A DNA stretch of 64,000 bases from the NCBI GenBank assembly GCA_050012095.1, contig JBEKHV010000009.1, positions 13,134-77,133 of the forward strand, read 5' to 3'. Position numbers and translations under genes: made by a program. This document shows positions 45,514 to 54,493 of the stretch, one piece after another (position 1 is the stretch's first letter; the number at the start of each line of letters is the position of its first letter). The stretch comes from Bryobacteraceae bacterium (lineage in GTDB: Bacteria > Acidobacteriota > Terriglobia > Bryobacterales > Bryobacteraceae). The notes beneath the pieces are model-generated. The model was not told the DNA's origin, did not search any database, and saw nothing but the letters and a program-made list of their open reading frames with translations.

Positions 45514-45693
45514 TACTAGAGCCAGACCTCATTATCGTGAGACGTTGAAGCCGGGTCAATTACAAAAGGTCATACCTTGTACTACGCCAGGTACCAGTAC
45601 CTCAAATTTAAGTGGGAATAGGCGCACAACCGGCCAGGATAAGCCGGGCATGACAATCAAATCATTTTGGTTCAATTGGTTATGGAATAGCGC

Positions 45694-45852
45694 CTAACGG
45701 CTTGGGGAACCCAGCAGGAGCAGAGGGAGGGCCGCTCCCACCACAGCTCCGACAACCAAGGCGGCGTTGCCAGCGCCCAGAAACGCCGCCAGCAGGCCGG
45801 CCAATGAGCCGACGCCAGCCCCAACCACGACGACCATGATTCTCTTCGCCAT
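45694..45852 (-). CDS. 52-aa Gly/Ala-rich small membrane protein (hypothetical)
   Basis: MAKRIMVVVVGAGVGSLAGLLAAFLGAGNAALVVGAVVGAALPLLLLGSPSR. AGGGGG lies upstream of the ATG. The ORF is below the track cutoff. Confidence 0.35.
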   Translation of the reverse strand: MAKRIMVVVVGAGVGSLAGLLAAFLGAGNAALVVGAVVGAALPLLLLGSPSR

Positions 45853-45892
45853 ACGCCCCCTGTGGAGATGCTCCTAACATAGCAGCCCTGGC

Positions 45893-46010
45893 GGCGTCTG
45901 CCGCACGGACCTGCACGTGGTAGAAGGCGAACTGCCGCCCCGAAAATCGCCCGTCATTCCGGGACACCAGGTGGGGACTGTCGAGGCGTGCGGCGTCTGC
46001 GAACTCACTG
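45893..46010 (+). pseudogene. Fragment of the Zn-alcohol-dehydrogenase gene (duplicate of 52207..52310 plus 52375..52392)
   Basis: By eye it is about 95% identical to codons ~40-74 of 52090..53085. An internal deletion then joins directly to the CGVCE region. Confidence 0.75.
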
Positions 46011-46277
46011 TCCAACTCGCAGTATCCAAGGACAGCGGCTGGGTGTAAATTGAAGAGGATCGTGGAGTCCAAAATGGGACTTCCGGTTTCAGGGGTGAGG
46101 GGCGCAGCGAATGAAAGCCGGCCGGCCCGGCTCTGCCCCATCGGCTGCGCAGCGCTGGTTGTGGCCTGCGTGGTCGCCACCGCTCCCGTGGCCGAGATGG
46201 GAGTGGACAACGACTGGAAATATGCTCTTAATTGAAACGTGCCGATCCAGCGACTACCCCGGGAAGGCTAATGATCA

Positions 46278-48095
46278 GTGCTGGCGCTGAAGGCTCTTGA
46301 ATGCATGGCGCTAGCCGCCATCGCGCTTTATGGAGTCGGCTACTGGTTTGTGCGCCTCTGGGGGTTGGCCGGCTTCCCCGTTTATTGGACTGTGCCTGTG
46401 TCGCTCGTCCTGGGTGAAGCATCCCTGAGCCTCGCGGTGCAGGTGCTCCTCTTTGCCCGCGTGGATACGAAGCTGTTTCTGCCTTTCCTAGGCTTTGTCG
46501 CGTTGGCGGCCGGAGCGGCGGGTTGCGCCGTTTCGATTCGCGGCCGCCATAGCGTCGCGAAGCCGCACTTCGGTCCGACCGAGCGCTTCCTCCTGGCCCT
46601 GATAGCGTGCAGCGTTATTGTCAACTTCGCAATCGCCGCATCGCCTTCCACCAAGATCGACGAACTTTTCTATCACATGCTGCTGCCGAAACGGATCGTG
46701 GCGGATGGAGGACTGCGGTTTTGCCTACTGCCGGTTCAGCAGGCCATACTCCCACAAATGCACTATCAGATCCTGCTTAGCATCGGCCACGCCCTCGGGG
46801 TCCCGGACATCGGGAACCTTGCGAGTCTGGGGTTTTCGCTGGCGTTGCTCGCGGCTCTGGCGGGAAACACGTTTGAGGCGACCGGGCACACGGGCTACTC
46901 GTTGCTGATTGCGGCCGCCGCCGCGGCCGGGCTTCACACGTCGGTCTGGCATACGGCCAGCGGGGCTTATGCCCTCGGCGATCTCGCCACATTCCTTGCG
47001 GGCGTCGCGCTGTTGAGGCCGTTTGCGGATCGAATCGGCGGGCCGCGCTACGCCGGCCTGGTGTCGACCCTGTGCTGCGTAGCGGCCTCAACCAAGTTGC
47101 CGCTTTGGCCCATGGCTGCGGCTGGCACGGCTTTGGGCGTCCTTCGGACGGCCCCCTTCCAGGGGACCAGTGGCCGGCGGGCCGCAGTGGTGGCGGGCGC
47201 TTTGACGCCGTGGGCTGTCCTTCATTTGCCCCTGCTTCTTTGGACCTGGCATTCCAGCGGTTCGCCTTGGGGTCCCGCGGGCGCCGGTCTGTTCGGACCG
47301 TCAGTGTACACGCCCGCGGTTGCCAAAGTCCTGGCCGCCTTGGGCAGATCTAGCGGCGCGGCGGACCTCGCGCCGAATATCGTCCCGTGGCTTCCTCCTC
47401 TGTTTTGGGCGGCCGTGCCGTACCTGCTGCTCCGAATCCGCACAGCGCCTGTAGGTGATCGGATCTTGACCGTGGTTTTCTGTCTTCAAGCGGCGTTGAT
47501 CGCCGCGTTTTTCTCCGTCGAGTTTCGCTACCTAGGAGGCCTGGAGTATATAGCGTTGTTCGCGGCGGCAGCCCTGTATTTCCCGCGAGCGCCGGTCGCG
47601 GTTCTGAAGTGGATGGTCCCGGCCCTGGCGTGCACCTGCGTAGTCCCGTGGGTTGCGCTTCAGTGGTACTATGGCCGTCCTTTCTTGCAGGTGTCGTCCG
47701 GCATCTTATCGCGAGATGCGTTTCTCTCGCGGTACGTCGCCTTTCACCGGGATTTTCAGCAGTTGGACCGGCTTCTTCCGGCCCGCAGCGTTCTGTACTC
47801 CGAAAAGGACGACCAGGAACCGTGGTTTTATGCGCCCCGACCCGTTATTCTCACCATGGCGGACTGGGACGGCAAGCGCCCGGTGTACCTTTTCGATTGG
47901 GAGCAAGACGGGACGCCAGCGGAACCGCTTCGGCCCAGGGCGCCACCGGGAGACTGCCGCGAGGTGGTCTATCGGAACGATCATGCGATTATCACCGCTT
48001 ACCGCACCCCTGGCCGCCCGGCGGAAACCGGCACTCTGATGGTTCGGCGATGTGCGGCGGATATCCCACTTGTGGGCGGAGATCCCGAGCAGTGA
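46278..48095 (+). CDS. Large polytopic membrane protein, GT-C-fold (ArnT/PMT-like) glycosyltransferase candidate
   Basis: 605 aa with more than 10 TM segments in the N-terminal 450 aa and an acidic motif KIDELFYH after the early TM segments. The soluble C-terminal ~130 aa resembles a periplasmic domain. Confidence 0.5.
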   Translation: MLALKALECMALAAIALYGVGYWFVRLWGLAGFPVYWTVPVSLVLGEASLSLAVQVLLFARVDTKLFLPFLGFVALAAGAAGCAVSIRGRHSVAKPHFGPTERFLLALIACSVIVNFAIAASPSTKIDELFYHMLLPKRIVADGGLRFCLLPVQQAILPQMHYQILLSIGHALGVPDIGNLASLGFSLALLAALAGNTFEATGHTGYSLLIAAAAAAGLHTSVWHTASGAYALGDLATFLAGVALLRPFADRIGGPRYAGLVSTLCCVAASTKLPLWPMAAAGTALGVLRTAPFQGTSGRRAAVVAGALTPWAVLHLPLLLWTWHSSGSPWGPAGAGLFGPSVYTPAVAKVLAALGRSSGAADLAPNIVPWLPPLFWAAVPYLLLRIRTAPVGDRILTVVFCLQAALIAAFFSVEFRYLGGLEYIALFAAAALYFPRAPVAVLKWMVPALACTCVVPWVALQWYYGRPFLQVSSGILSRDAFLSRYVAFHRDFQQLDRLLPARSVLYSEKDDQEPWFYAPRPVILTMADWDGKRPVYLFDWEQDGTPAEPLRPRAPPGDCREVVYRNDHAIITAYRTPGRPAETGTLMVRRCAADIPLVGGDPEQ

Positions 48096-48146
48096 GCCGG
48101 GGCGCCAGGACCGACCGTACGGCTGAGCGCCTCCTGCCTCGCTTCC

Positions 48147-48611
48147 TCAGCTAACGTACGCGCCGTTTTCCTCAGGGCCCCTGGTACAACTCATTAACTG
48201 CTTCACCGGATCGCCAATGTTGAGCCCGTGAACCCGTTCGAACTTTGCCCGACCGATCCTATGCAGTGCATCGGCGCCGATTCGGTGGTGTCGACGGTAG
48301 GGCGGAATGCACGTCAGGTCCGATGCTTTCTCGGAGAGACCGTGCGGGCCAGTGTGGCAGGAGTCGATTCCGAAGGAGACTTGGCAGACCGCGCAGGGGA
48401 AGAAGCGGACCCACCTGCGGTAAACGGATCGCGTAGCGGCCTTTCCGGGCGGTCGGTCCGCTCCGACCGAATGCCATAGGGGATTGGAGCAGCGCTCATA
48501 TGCATACCCCACGTTCCTCCCCCGCGCGAGACAGCCGCCGGGAATCTCCGTTCCAGATTCGATCGCCGCCTTGACCGCGCGTTTGTCGATTACGCAATCC
48601 GCCTTCCTCAC
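48147..48611 (-). CDS. DUF968/HNH-type phage-derived protein (possibly degenerate)
   Basis: CAVCQ...DSCHTGPHGLSEKASDLTCIPPYRRHH..H follows the Cys/His pattern of DUF968-type proteins. Tyr stands where the PLC cysteine is expected. Confidence 0.45.
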   Translation of the reverse strand: MRKADCVIDKRAVKAAIESGTEIPGGCLARGRNVGYAYERCSNPLWHSVGADRPPGKAATRSVYRRWVRFFPCAVCQVSFGIDSCHTGPHGLSEKASDLTCIPPYRRHHRIGADALHRIGRAKFERVHGLNIGDPVKQLMSCTRGPEENGAYVS

Positions 48612-48783
48612 GTCGTCCAGAGCTTACGCTCGAAACTTCAAATCGAGCGAGTCGAGGACAGCTTCCCAACGAGTGGCCGGGATGCTCAACCTGAGGGTCG
48701 TGTACTCCGCCGTTCAGCTTGAGGGTTTGCCCGGCCTCCGTGGAGATCACGGATGAGGTCGCCGTGCCGTTAATGGGAACAAT

Positions 48784-51045
48784 TCACTTAAGCGCCGATT
48801 GGGACGCCTGCACGGCGCAGCCAACGGCAATGGTGCCATTGACCTCGGGGCAAGTCGGACTACCCTGCAGATATTGGCTGTCGTTTTGGCCTGTCGGTGA
48901 AAAGTAGATCTGGGAGGCCCCCGTCGCCGAAGAAGTGTTATCGATGACGATCCCGCTCGGGCCGCCTTCTGCGTTCATCCCGGCGGTCGCGCTGCCTGGA
49001 ATGCTCGTAGAGCCGCCGCTCCCGACCAAAAAATTATAGAGACAGCCGCCGCCGGAACCGGTCTCGCCGATCTGACACCCGACCCCGCTTAGATTGCCGC
49101 CATACGACGTGCCCACAAAAACGTAGTCGTTGGTGGTTCCGCCGGGGCCGTAACTCTCAGTGGTCGGAGAGCAGGACGCGGGATTGGCGGTGGTGGTGTC
49201 GGTCAGGGCGTAAAAGGCGGTGTCGCCCCAGTTGACGGCCCCCGAGAAACCAGATGCCATCGGTACGTAGACCAGCTTTATGTTTTGACAAGTGTTACCG
49301 CTGTTGGAGCCGGTGCAAGTGCTAGTTTGATAGACGGTGGTGCTGCAGGTCCAAAGATTCCCAGTATTTCCCGAGCCCGAGTAGTATATGTGGTCAAACG
49401 CACCCATATACAGGAGGTTGGGGCCGCCGTTCTGCTCTCCGAACTCCACTTCCGAGCCGCAGTTTGATCCCGTCGACCAACTTGCCACTGGGTAGCTGGT
49501 GGTCCCGGTCTGCGAACACGTAGTGCTAGTATTGCCCGTGCTGCTGTTACCGGTGCTGAATTGGAAGACGCCGCTGCACCCCGAGGTAAAGAGGCCCGCG
49601 CCGCAGGCCGAATTGGTCGTCTGGTTGTCATCCCGCCCAACAAAAACATATACCTTGTGAGTGGAGGAGTCGACGAGGGGGCCTTGGACAATGCCGCCGC
49701 TGTTGATCGCAAGTTGGCTGCTATCCATAACCTTAACGCCGGACGCGTTGTAGCCGTAAAGAAACCCGCCCGAATCGGCGACATAGATGTTCCCGGAGGA
49801 CTGATCGTACACGGGGCTGGTAAGTATGTTGGAGCTGACTGTAACCGGCCAAGAGCCGGTTGTTACCTCGGCGGGGGTTGTTCCGTTGAAGATCCCGGTG
49901 AACTTGTGGAGGTGGCCGCCGTGGTCGCCGACGTAAATGATGTTGCCAGTATAATCCAGGAACGGCGACGAGAGCGTATCGAGGACCGTTCCGCTTCCGT
50001 TAAAGGTGAGCGTGGTCATGCAGGGCGCGAAGCAGCCGGAGTAACTCGAAGGGCTGACTGCTGTGAGGGTGTCAGGGCTGCCGGCGTCTGCGGTGATCGT
50101 AAGGGTTTCGCCGGAAGCGCCGCTGCCGGTGGCTGCTGCGAACAGTGCGCCGGCAGTGGCGCTGGTCCACGTCGCGATCGTATCGCCGGCCGGTATTCCC
50201 GTCCCGGAGATCTGCGCTCCCACGTCCAGATAGCTGAGGCCCGACGTGACGGTGAAGTTCTTGCTGCCGTTGGTTATGTTTGTAGTTCCACTCGTGAGGG
50301 TGTGACCCGCTGGCTGCGCCGCCCATTTCAGGAGAACCAGTTGCGCGCTGCCGCTGGCCGGTTGCTGGACGAAAGCCAACTGCGACCCATCGAGGGAGAG
50401 CACCACAGAGGTCGAGATCGTACCGCCAGTGTTGAAAGCCCAGTAAACCGAGGGCACCTGCCCAGAGCAACTGGAATAGAGGTTGTCGTAAGCAATGATG
50501 CTGGCTTGCGTCGACGACCCCGCCAGGCTCGTGTTGTAAACAACGTAATCGGGCGTAGTGGCAACGCCGCACTGCGGGGTATTGGTGATACTGAACGAGT
50601 ACTTCGCGGGGTAGTTGCCCACGCCGACCGTGGCGCCGCTGCCACCCATCAACACGCTCCAGTCCTTGTTTATTGGCGTCGCCCGTTCGCGTAGTGCGTT
50701 CACTGGGATGGGCAGTCGACTACCGCGCACGGCCATCTCCTCGACCCTGGCGACATCCTCGGCTGCCGGTCCCTGCACCGGGAGCCGTTGCTTCAACATG
50801 TGCATGATGTAGCGAGGATGGTTGACCAAATTGAGCCACTCCTCGTAAGCGCCGTTCCGGATCGCGTCTTCCTCCGTACCAGGATGGGAGAAAACGACGT
50901 GGTGGTGAGTCCAATCTTCAGGCACGCCGGGGATCTGGACGCCCCTGACGGCGATCGCCTGCCGGCTTTGTTGGGCTTCTTGCCCGGATAGCGAAACAGC
51001 GATAGCGACGATCGCGATTGCTAACTTGGAAAACGGACGGCACAT
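48784..51045 (-). CDS. Secreted beta-propeller-repeat protein, paralog 4
   Basis: Signal peptide MCRPFSKLAIAIVAIAVSLSG. It shares DWTHHHVVFSHPG, HPRYIMHML and YPAKYSF, blade motifs IIYVGDHGGHLHKF and NIYVADSGGFLYGY, and the C-terminal CAVQASQSALK. Confidence 0.85.
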   Translation of the reverse strand: MCRPFSKLAIAIVAIAVSLSGQEAQQSRQAIAVRGVQIPGVPEDWTHHHVVFSHPGTEEDAIRNGAYEEWLNLVNHPRYIMHMLKQRLPVQGPAAEDVARVEEMAVRGSRLPIPVNALRERATPINKDWSVLMGGSGATVGVGNYPAKYSFSITNTPQCGVATTPDYVVYNTSLAGSSTQASIIAYDNLYSSCSGQVPSVYWAFNTGGTISTSVVLSLDGSQLAFVQQPASGSAQLVLLKWAAQPAGHTLTSGTTNITNGSKNFTVTSGLSYLDVGAQISGTGIPAGDTIATWTSATAGALFAAATGSGASGETLTITADAGSPDTLTAVSPSSYSGCFAPCMTTLTFNGSGTVLDTLSSPFLDYTGNIIYVGDHGGHLHKFTGIFNGTTPAEVTTGSWPVTVSSNILTSPVYDQSSGNIYVADSGGFLYGYNASGVKVMDSSQLAINSGGIVQGPLVDSSTHKVYVFVGRDDNQTTNSACGAGLFTSGCSGVFQFSTGNSSTGNTSTTCSQTGTTSYPVASWSTGSNCGSEVEFGEQNGGPNLLYMGAFDHIYYSGSGNTGNLWTCSTTVYQTSTCTGSNSGNTCQNIKLVYVPMASGFSGAVNWGDTAFYALTDTTTANPASCSPTTESYGPGGTTNDYVFVGTSYGGNLSGVGCQIGETGSGGGCLYNFLVGSGGSTSIPGSATAGMNAEGGPSGIVIDNTSSATGASQIYFSPTGQNDSQYLQGSPTCPEVNGTIAVGCAVQASQSALK

Positions 51046-51331
51046 AGTACATTCCTCCCCTCTTGTGTTGCGGGCGCCTCGACGGGATTTCTCAACAAAC
51101 TGTCACGCCAAAGGCCTAAGCCTGGAGAACCGGCAACGAACACAGGCCACTACTCCTCTCCTGCATCGGACCATTTCCTCACTGGCACGATCTTGAGAAG
51201 CTTACCCAAGCTTCCACCGAGCATCCACATGCTAACAGTTTTCTGGCCTTCGTCCAAGATGGCAGACGAGGCATTGATCTCAATCCAAAACCGCTACCGT
51301 CCGGACGGGACAGCGGTACGCGCGCCGCCCT

Positions 51332-51436
51332 TTACGGCGCGCACTGCGACGCTTGGACCGCGGAGCCGCCCGTGCCGGTAGACGTCACACAGGTCTCGCT
51401 GGCCAGCGTCGAAAAGTAGATCTTGGACGCGCCCGA
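51332..51436 (-). pseudogene. C-terminal stub (34 codons) of a fifth propeller paralog
   Basis: The reverse-strand translation SGASKIYFSTLASETCVTSTGTGGSAVQASQCAP* matches the C-termini of paralogs 3 and 4. Similarity ends abruptly at an AT-rich segment. Confidence 0.65.
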
Positions 51437-51674
51437 TTATCAATAACCATTTCAACAAACCCAATCTGTTTACGGTAAGTTCTATTATTACTAGAACTTA
51501 TCTATTTCCGGCCGCACAGCTGGCGACACTGCCGGTACTTAACTTTAGCATCAGTCTTGCGATGAGTCAAACGTTTGTGCCGGGCGCATGCCGCAACGAG
51601 TACTATACCCGTACTATGTTTTGGATACGGCGGTCGAATCCAGCCTGGCCCTATCCAACAAGGTCCCTTGGGGC

Positions 51675-51893
51675 ATGGGCCGTCCACCTCTGCGTATCGA
51701 AGTCACACAGCAGGACCAAAAGGAGCTGATCGAGCTGTTGAGCGGCGGCGTGCAGCGGGTCCGGGTCGTGTTGCGGGCCATGGCGCTCCTGCAACTGGCC
51801 AAGGGCGTCAGTGCGGCACGGATTTCCAGCGGAGTCCCCTTGACTCCGCTGGCCATTCGGAAGGTCGGCCACCGGTACCAAGACGGTGGCCTG
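51675..51893 (+). mobile_element. IS630-family transposase N-terminal (HTH) remnant
   Basis: MGRPPLRIEVTQQDQKELIELLSGGVQRVRVVLRAMALLQLAKGVSAARISSGVPLTPLAIRKVGHRYQDGGL is typical of the IS630/Tc1 HTH region. No DDE domain follows. The flanking 51437..51674 is atypically AT-rich. Confidence 0.6.
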
Positions 51894-52089
51894 AGGAAAT
51901 ATTTCAAACAGTCAATAACTTGTACGCAAACTGATGCTGGAGTGACTGTATTTACAACGAATCGGGCAGGGGGGACAACGCCTCCATCTGCTTTCATCTG
52001 GTTCCATCTGCTTTCATCGGGCAGACGCCAAGGCCACAATCGCGTAGCGTCGCCGCTCGGCCAGTTCGCAGGCGCGCGAGAATGTAGTC

Positions 52090-53085
52090 ATGAAGGCCTG
52101 TTTGCTTGCGTCTCCCGCTCCCGTCGAGAGCAAGCCGTTGCGCCTCGCGGATGTTCCCAGGCCGGAGCTTGCGGCCGGGGAGGTTTTGGTGAAGGTCCAT
52201 GCTTGCGGCGTCTGCCGCACGGACCTGCACGTGGTGGAAGGCGAACTGCCCCCCCGAAAATCGCCCGTCATTCCGGGACACCAAGTGGTGGGGACTGTCG
52301 AGGCGTGCGGTTCCGGGGCATCGCGGTTCCGGCCCGGAGCGCGCGTGGGCATTGCCTGGCTGCGCCGGACGTGCGGCGTCTGCGAATACTGCCGGATCGG
52401 GCGTGAAAACCTGTGCGAAGCCGCCGAGTTCACGGGCTGGACCGCCGATGGCGGGTACGCCGAATACGCCGCCGCCCCGGAGGATTTCGTCTACGCTCTT
52501 CCCCCGGGCTTCGACGATGTTCACGTGGCGCCGCTGCTCTGCGCGGGCATCATCGGGTTCCGGACGCTCCGGCTTTCCGGCGTGGAACCGGGCGGAAAGC
52601 TGGGCATGTATGGTTTCGGCGCCGCGGCCCATGTGGCCATCCAGGTGGCGCGTCACTGGAATGTGGAGGTTTACGCTTTCTCCCGCGACGAGCGCCATCG
52701 GCGGCTGGCGCTGGAACTGGGCGCGGCGTGGGCCGGGGATTCCTTCGACGCGCCGCCCGCCAGGCTGGACGCGGCATTGATTTTCGCGCCCGCCGGCGAA
52801 CTGGTTCTTCCGGCGTTGCGCGCGCTCCAGCGCGGGGGGACGGTCGCGCTCGGCGGCATCCACATGACCCCCATTCCGCAACTCGATTACGGACTGCTCT
52901 ACCACGAGAGAGTCATCCGCAGCGTGGCTAATAACACCCGCCGCGACGGCGAGGATTTTCTGAAGATTGCGGCTGAGATCCCCATCCGCGCCGAGGCGCG
53001 GGAATTCGGTCTCGAAGAAGCGAACGAGGCGCTCGGCGCGTTGAAAAACGACGCCATACGGGGAGCCGCCGTGCTGCGAATGTAA
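52090..53085 (+). CDS. Zinc-dependent alcohol dehydrogenase family protein
   Basis: [15 protein letters not shown], structural-zinc motif [15 protein letters not shown] and GFGAAAH. Confidence 0.9.
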   Translation: MKACLLASPAPVESKPLRLADVPRPELAAGEVLVKVHACGVCRTDLHVVEGELPPRKSPVIPGHQVVGTVEACGSGASRFRPGARVGIAWLRRTCGVCEYCRIGRENLCEAAEFTGWTADGGYAEYAAAPEDFVYALPPGFDDVHVAPLLCAGIIGFRTLRLSGVEPGGKLGMYGFGAAAHVAIQVARHWNVEVYAFSRDERHRRLALELGAAWAGDSFDAPPARLDAALIFAPAGELVLPALRALQRGGTVALGGIHMTPIPQLDYGLLYHERVIRSVANNTRRDGEDFLKIAAEIPIRAEAREFGLEEANEALGALKNDAIRGAAVLRM

Positions 53086-53104
53086 GAACCGGGGAACGGG
53101 GCCT

Positions 53105-53401
53105 CTACTTCCTCCGGTCGTCCGGCAAGACGTAGACCTTATCGCCGGGGTGAACGAGTTTCAGCCGTTCCTGGACCACGCGTTCCTGCTCGGCGGGGTC
53201 GGCTGCCAGACGCCGGATGCGTTCCCGCGTCTGTTCGTTCTCCCGGGCCAGATTCGCGTTGCGCCGCTCCAGGACCCGACTCTGGCGCTCCTTGTCCTTC
53301 CAGACCGCGATGCCTTTGGGGCCGGTCAAAGCGAGCAAGGCATAACCCGCAAGCGCCAGCGCCGCGAGAGCGTACACGAATCGGCTGAAATTGGCTTTCA
53401 T
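53105..53401 (-). CDS. ftsB: Septum formation initiator (FtsB/DivIC family)
   Basis: The start is MKANFSRF at 53401. One TM is followed by a coiled coil (NANLARENEQTRERIRRL) and ERLKLVHPGDKV. Confidence 0.7.
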   Translation of the reverse strand: MKANFSRFVYALAALALAGYALLALTGPKGIAVWKDKERQSRVLERRNANLARENEQTRERIRRLAADPAEQERVVQERLKLVHPGDKVYVLPDDRRK

Positions 53402-53465
53402 GCCGTGAAGGACCTGGAAGATAATAGTAACACCGCTGCGGCGATTTGCCGCGCGGAAATTGCGA

Positions 53466-53798
53466 ATGACCGACAAAATCGTTGTTCTCAGCACATGCGC
53501 CCACGAGGAAGAAGCGGAGAAGCTGGCGCGTAAGCTGGTGGAAGAGCGGCTGGCCGCGTGCGTAAACGTAATTCCGCGCATGCGCAGTTACTACCGCTGG
53601 CAGGGCGCGATAGAGGCCGCGGACGAGTGCCTGCTGGTGATCAAGTCCTCCCGCGCGCTGTTTCCCGCGCTGGTTTCCGTTCTCGAATCCGCCCACTCGT
53701 ACGAAGTGCCGGAGGCGCTCGCCATTCCCATTCTCGACGGGGCGGCGCCCTATTTAAACTGGCTGGGCGGCAATCTGCGAGGCGAAGGCCCGGAGTAG
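53466..53798 (+). CDS. cutA: Divalent-cation tolerance protein CutA
   Basis: VVLSTCAHEEEAEKLARKLVEERLAACVNVIP..SYYRWQG..HSYEVPE. Confidence 0.85.
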   Translation: MTDKIVVLSTCAHEEEAEKLARKLVEERLAACVNVIPRMRSYYRWQGAIEAADECLLVIKSSRALFPALVSVLESAHSYEVPEALAIPILDGAAPYLNWLGGNLRGEGPE

Positions 53799-53821
53799 TG
53801 GGGGATTCGCTACAATCTGTT

Positions 53822-54493
53822 GTGAGCGCACGGCCGGCGCCGCGTCTTGCGTTGATTTTGGACATGGACGGCGTGATCCTGAACTCCAATCCCGTTCACC
53901 GCGAGGCCTGGGTGCGGTTCAACCGGCGCTTCGGCCTGGAAACCACCGAGACGATGCTCGAGGGCATGTACGGCAAACGCAACGATGTAATCGTCCGCGA
54001 TTTTTACGGCGAGGGCTTGCCGGCCGAGGAGATTGCCGCACGCGGCGCGGCCAAGGAGCGGCTGTACCGGGAAATGCTGGCCGGCCGCGTGGAGGAGACG
54101 CTGACTCCGGGATTGCGGCGATTTCTGGAGCGCCATCGCAGCCTGCCGATGGCAGTGGCGACCAACGCCGAGCCAGCCAACGTGGCATTCGTGCTGGAGG
54201 AAGCGGGACTGGCGCATTGCTTTCGGGCGGTCGTGGACGGCCAGCAGGTCCAGCGGCCCAAGCCGTTTCCCGATATCTACCGGCGCGCGGCGGAGTTGCT
54301 GGAAGCGCGGCCGGACGAGTGCGTCGTGTTTGAAGACTCGCATTCCGGCATAGCCGCGGCGCGCGCCGCCGGCATGCGCGTGGTGGGGGTCCGTTCCACG
54401 TACCGGAAGTTGCCCGGTGCGGATCTCGTGGTGGACGATTTCCTGAGTAAGGAACTGGAACCGTGGCTCGAAGCCCAAGTCCGCGCTGTGTAA
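53822..54493 (+). CDS. HAD-superfamily hydrolase (beta-phosphoglucomutase-like)
   Basis: LILDMDGVILNS ... ATNA ... FEDSHSGIAAARAAGM. A GTG start at 53822 is assumed. Confidence 0.8.
   Translation: MSARPAPRLALILDMDGVILNSNPVHREAWVRFNRRFGLETTETMLEGMYGKRNDVIVRDFYGEGLPAEEIAARGAAKERLYREMLAGRVEETLTPGLRRFLERHRSLPMAVATNAEPANVAFVLEEAGLAHCFRAVVDGQQVQRPKPFPDIYRRAAELLEARPDECVVFEDSHSGIAAARAAGMRVVGVRSTYRKLPGADLVVDDFLSKELEPWLEAQVRAV

Noticed and set aside
45680-46210. A 176-aa minus-strand ORF across the 45.7-46.2 kb region
   Set aside because: It is a composite read-through of the small membrane ORF frame region and the antisense of the ADH fragment. It has no motifs.
51588-52406. A 272-aa plus-strand ORF treated as one gene
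   Set aside because: Only residues ~30-102 look like a transposase HTH. The remainder is out-of-frame read-through into the ADH gene. The first part was therefore called a remnant instead.
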